Below are positions 62,718 to 64,000 of a stretch of 64,000 bases of DNA, piece after piece. The DNA is taken from positions 38,068,001 through 38,132,000 of the forward strand of contig OZ336892.1 of assembly GCA_965287045.1 (NCBI GenBank). Direction: 5' to 3'. This DNA is from Carcharhinus amblyrhynchos (lineage: Eukaryota). Positions within the stretch are counted from its first letter, which is position 1. Each line of letters opens with the position of its first letter. The notes below the pieces were generated by a model, which was given only the letters and a program-made list of their open reading frames with translations, had not been told where the DNA came from and did no database searches. A program made the position numbers and the translations under genes.

Positions 62718-64000
62718 CTAACAAGAAAACAGAAAAGGCATCCATCATCCAAAGGTTTCATCAGTGGCATAAATACATTCTCATGTGTTCATTTGATCCC
62801 CCATCATATCCATGTAAACTGGACCTTTCAAACCAAATGGGAGGCAAACTCATTTGTGCTGGCTCCCAATCTTGGGCAATGCATGCCAATCTCCCAGGAA
62901 CAATGGAGCACTGCAGATAGGAGGGTGGTCTGCAATAGGAGGGTTGTTTGCACAATACAGGGTGCTCCACCATCTTCCCAAATAGATCAAGATACTAAAA
63001 GGAACTAATGAAAAGACTGACTGAGATGCAATACAGAGCTGTTCATAAGAATTCTGTAACAGATAAATTGTCAGGTAGTTTCATGACTCTATGAGCAGCA
63101 AATCAATCTCTTTCATCCCTCTATCACCTTGTAAACCTAAAGCAAGAAACAGTTCTGGATCATTTACCTGCTAAATAGCTAAATCAGAGATGGAGTTGAG
63201 GCATGTATAATAGACAATAACTGACAAGAGGGGAAAAACTTAAAAGTCCTGAAGTGTAATCCTACAATATAACTAAGCTTCAGCATAGATAAGAACCCGA
63301 GCTGTGAGATGAAGAAAAGCTGAGACAGGGAACAGGAAATCCAATGCACCAAAGAAACAGGAACAATACTGAAAGAGAGATGCTTGGAGAAATGAACCAA
63401 CCCAGCTTGCACTGGTTTCATCATTTTTGGTCAAGCACTAGTTGAAATTGCACGCTGGCTACAGAACAAAAAGGTATAGGAGTAAATTGTTAAAGGGCAA
63501 GTTTGGGATGTCAGGAAGTGTTTTTTTGATGACCTTCATTCTTCAGAGTTAAGGAAATCCATCTGGTTCTGGCAGCTAGACAATTGTCCTGCAACTGGGC
63601 AATAATTTACAAGGTGTCACACTGTACCGAAAACCAGCCCTACATACACCGTGTGACACTATTTGATTTGCAACCCCCATCCAGTTCAGCAGAACTCAAA
63701 GTTCTGTTATTAGAGCATGAAACAGAGACTTTTTGTAATCATCTGAAGTGTTGTATATCAGGCAAAAAAATGTACAGCTTCATAACAGTTTTCTAACATC
63801 CTGATAGGGTATTCTTTCTTGAGGCAAGCAGGGGAGGCAAAAACTTCAAATTTATTCAACAAGAGTTAGATTGTTTTATAAAGGATTTGTAAGTTTCTCT
63901 GGAATAGTTAGATGGATGAAATGACATCACTAGTCTCAACTTCTAAATGAAATCCTAGTGATACCACTGACAGGAGCTTCCGAGATAATCCCGAGTACTT

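Noticed and set aside
1-64000. Most short ORFs in the six-frame track as independent genes
   Set aside because: They are chance ORFs, TE remnants or read-through extensions of HIP1 exons. There is no prokaryote-style gene organisation.

Overview
This is eukaryotic, repeat-rich vertebrate DNA. The SINE/LINE content points to a shark or ray (inference). The whole window lies inside one minus-strand gene, HIP1 (huntingtin-interacting protein 1). I mapped 14 consecutive coding exons (1574 nt, about 524 codons, roughly human exons 7-20) by hand, and all splice phases are compatible. They run from the C-terminal ANTH domain through the clathrin/AP2-binding linker and coiled coil to just before the talin-like domain. 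Both gene ends are outside the window. The introns hold decayed CR1, L2, Rex/Babar and Penelope retroelements, V-SINE/HE1-type and Deu-type SINEs, MITEs, minisatellites and one old Gypsy LTR element. The most notable observations are: (1) a 572-bp duplication that creates a stop-containing copy of a HIP1 exon with a new in-frame acceptor (candidate poison exon); (2) minimal hammerhead-ribozyme motifs, including one on the pre-mRNA strand and one inverted pair; (3) a 28S rRNA fragment inserted inside a SINE; (4) a GC-AG intron; (5) inverted SINEs around a stop-free 414-nt phase-0 exon block; (6) a perfect 7x28-bp G-quadruplex array. All alignments were by eye against remembered consensus sequences, and repeat boundaries are approximate.
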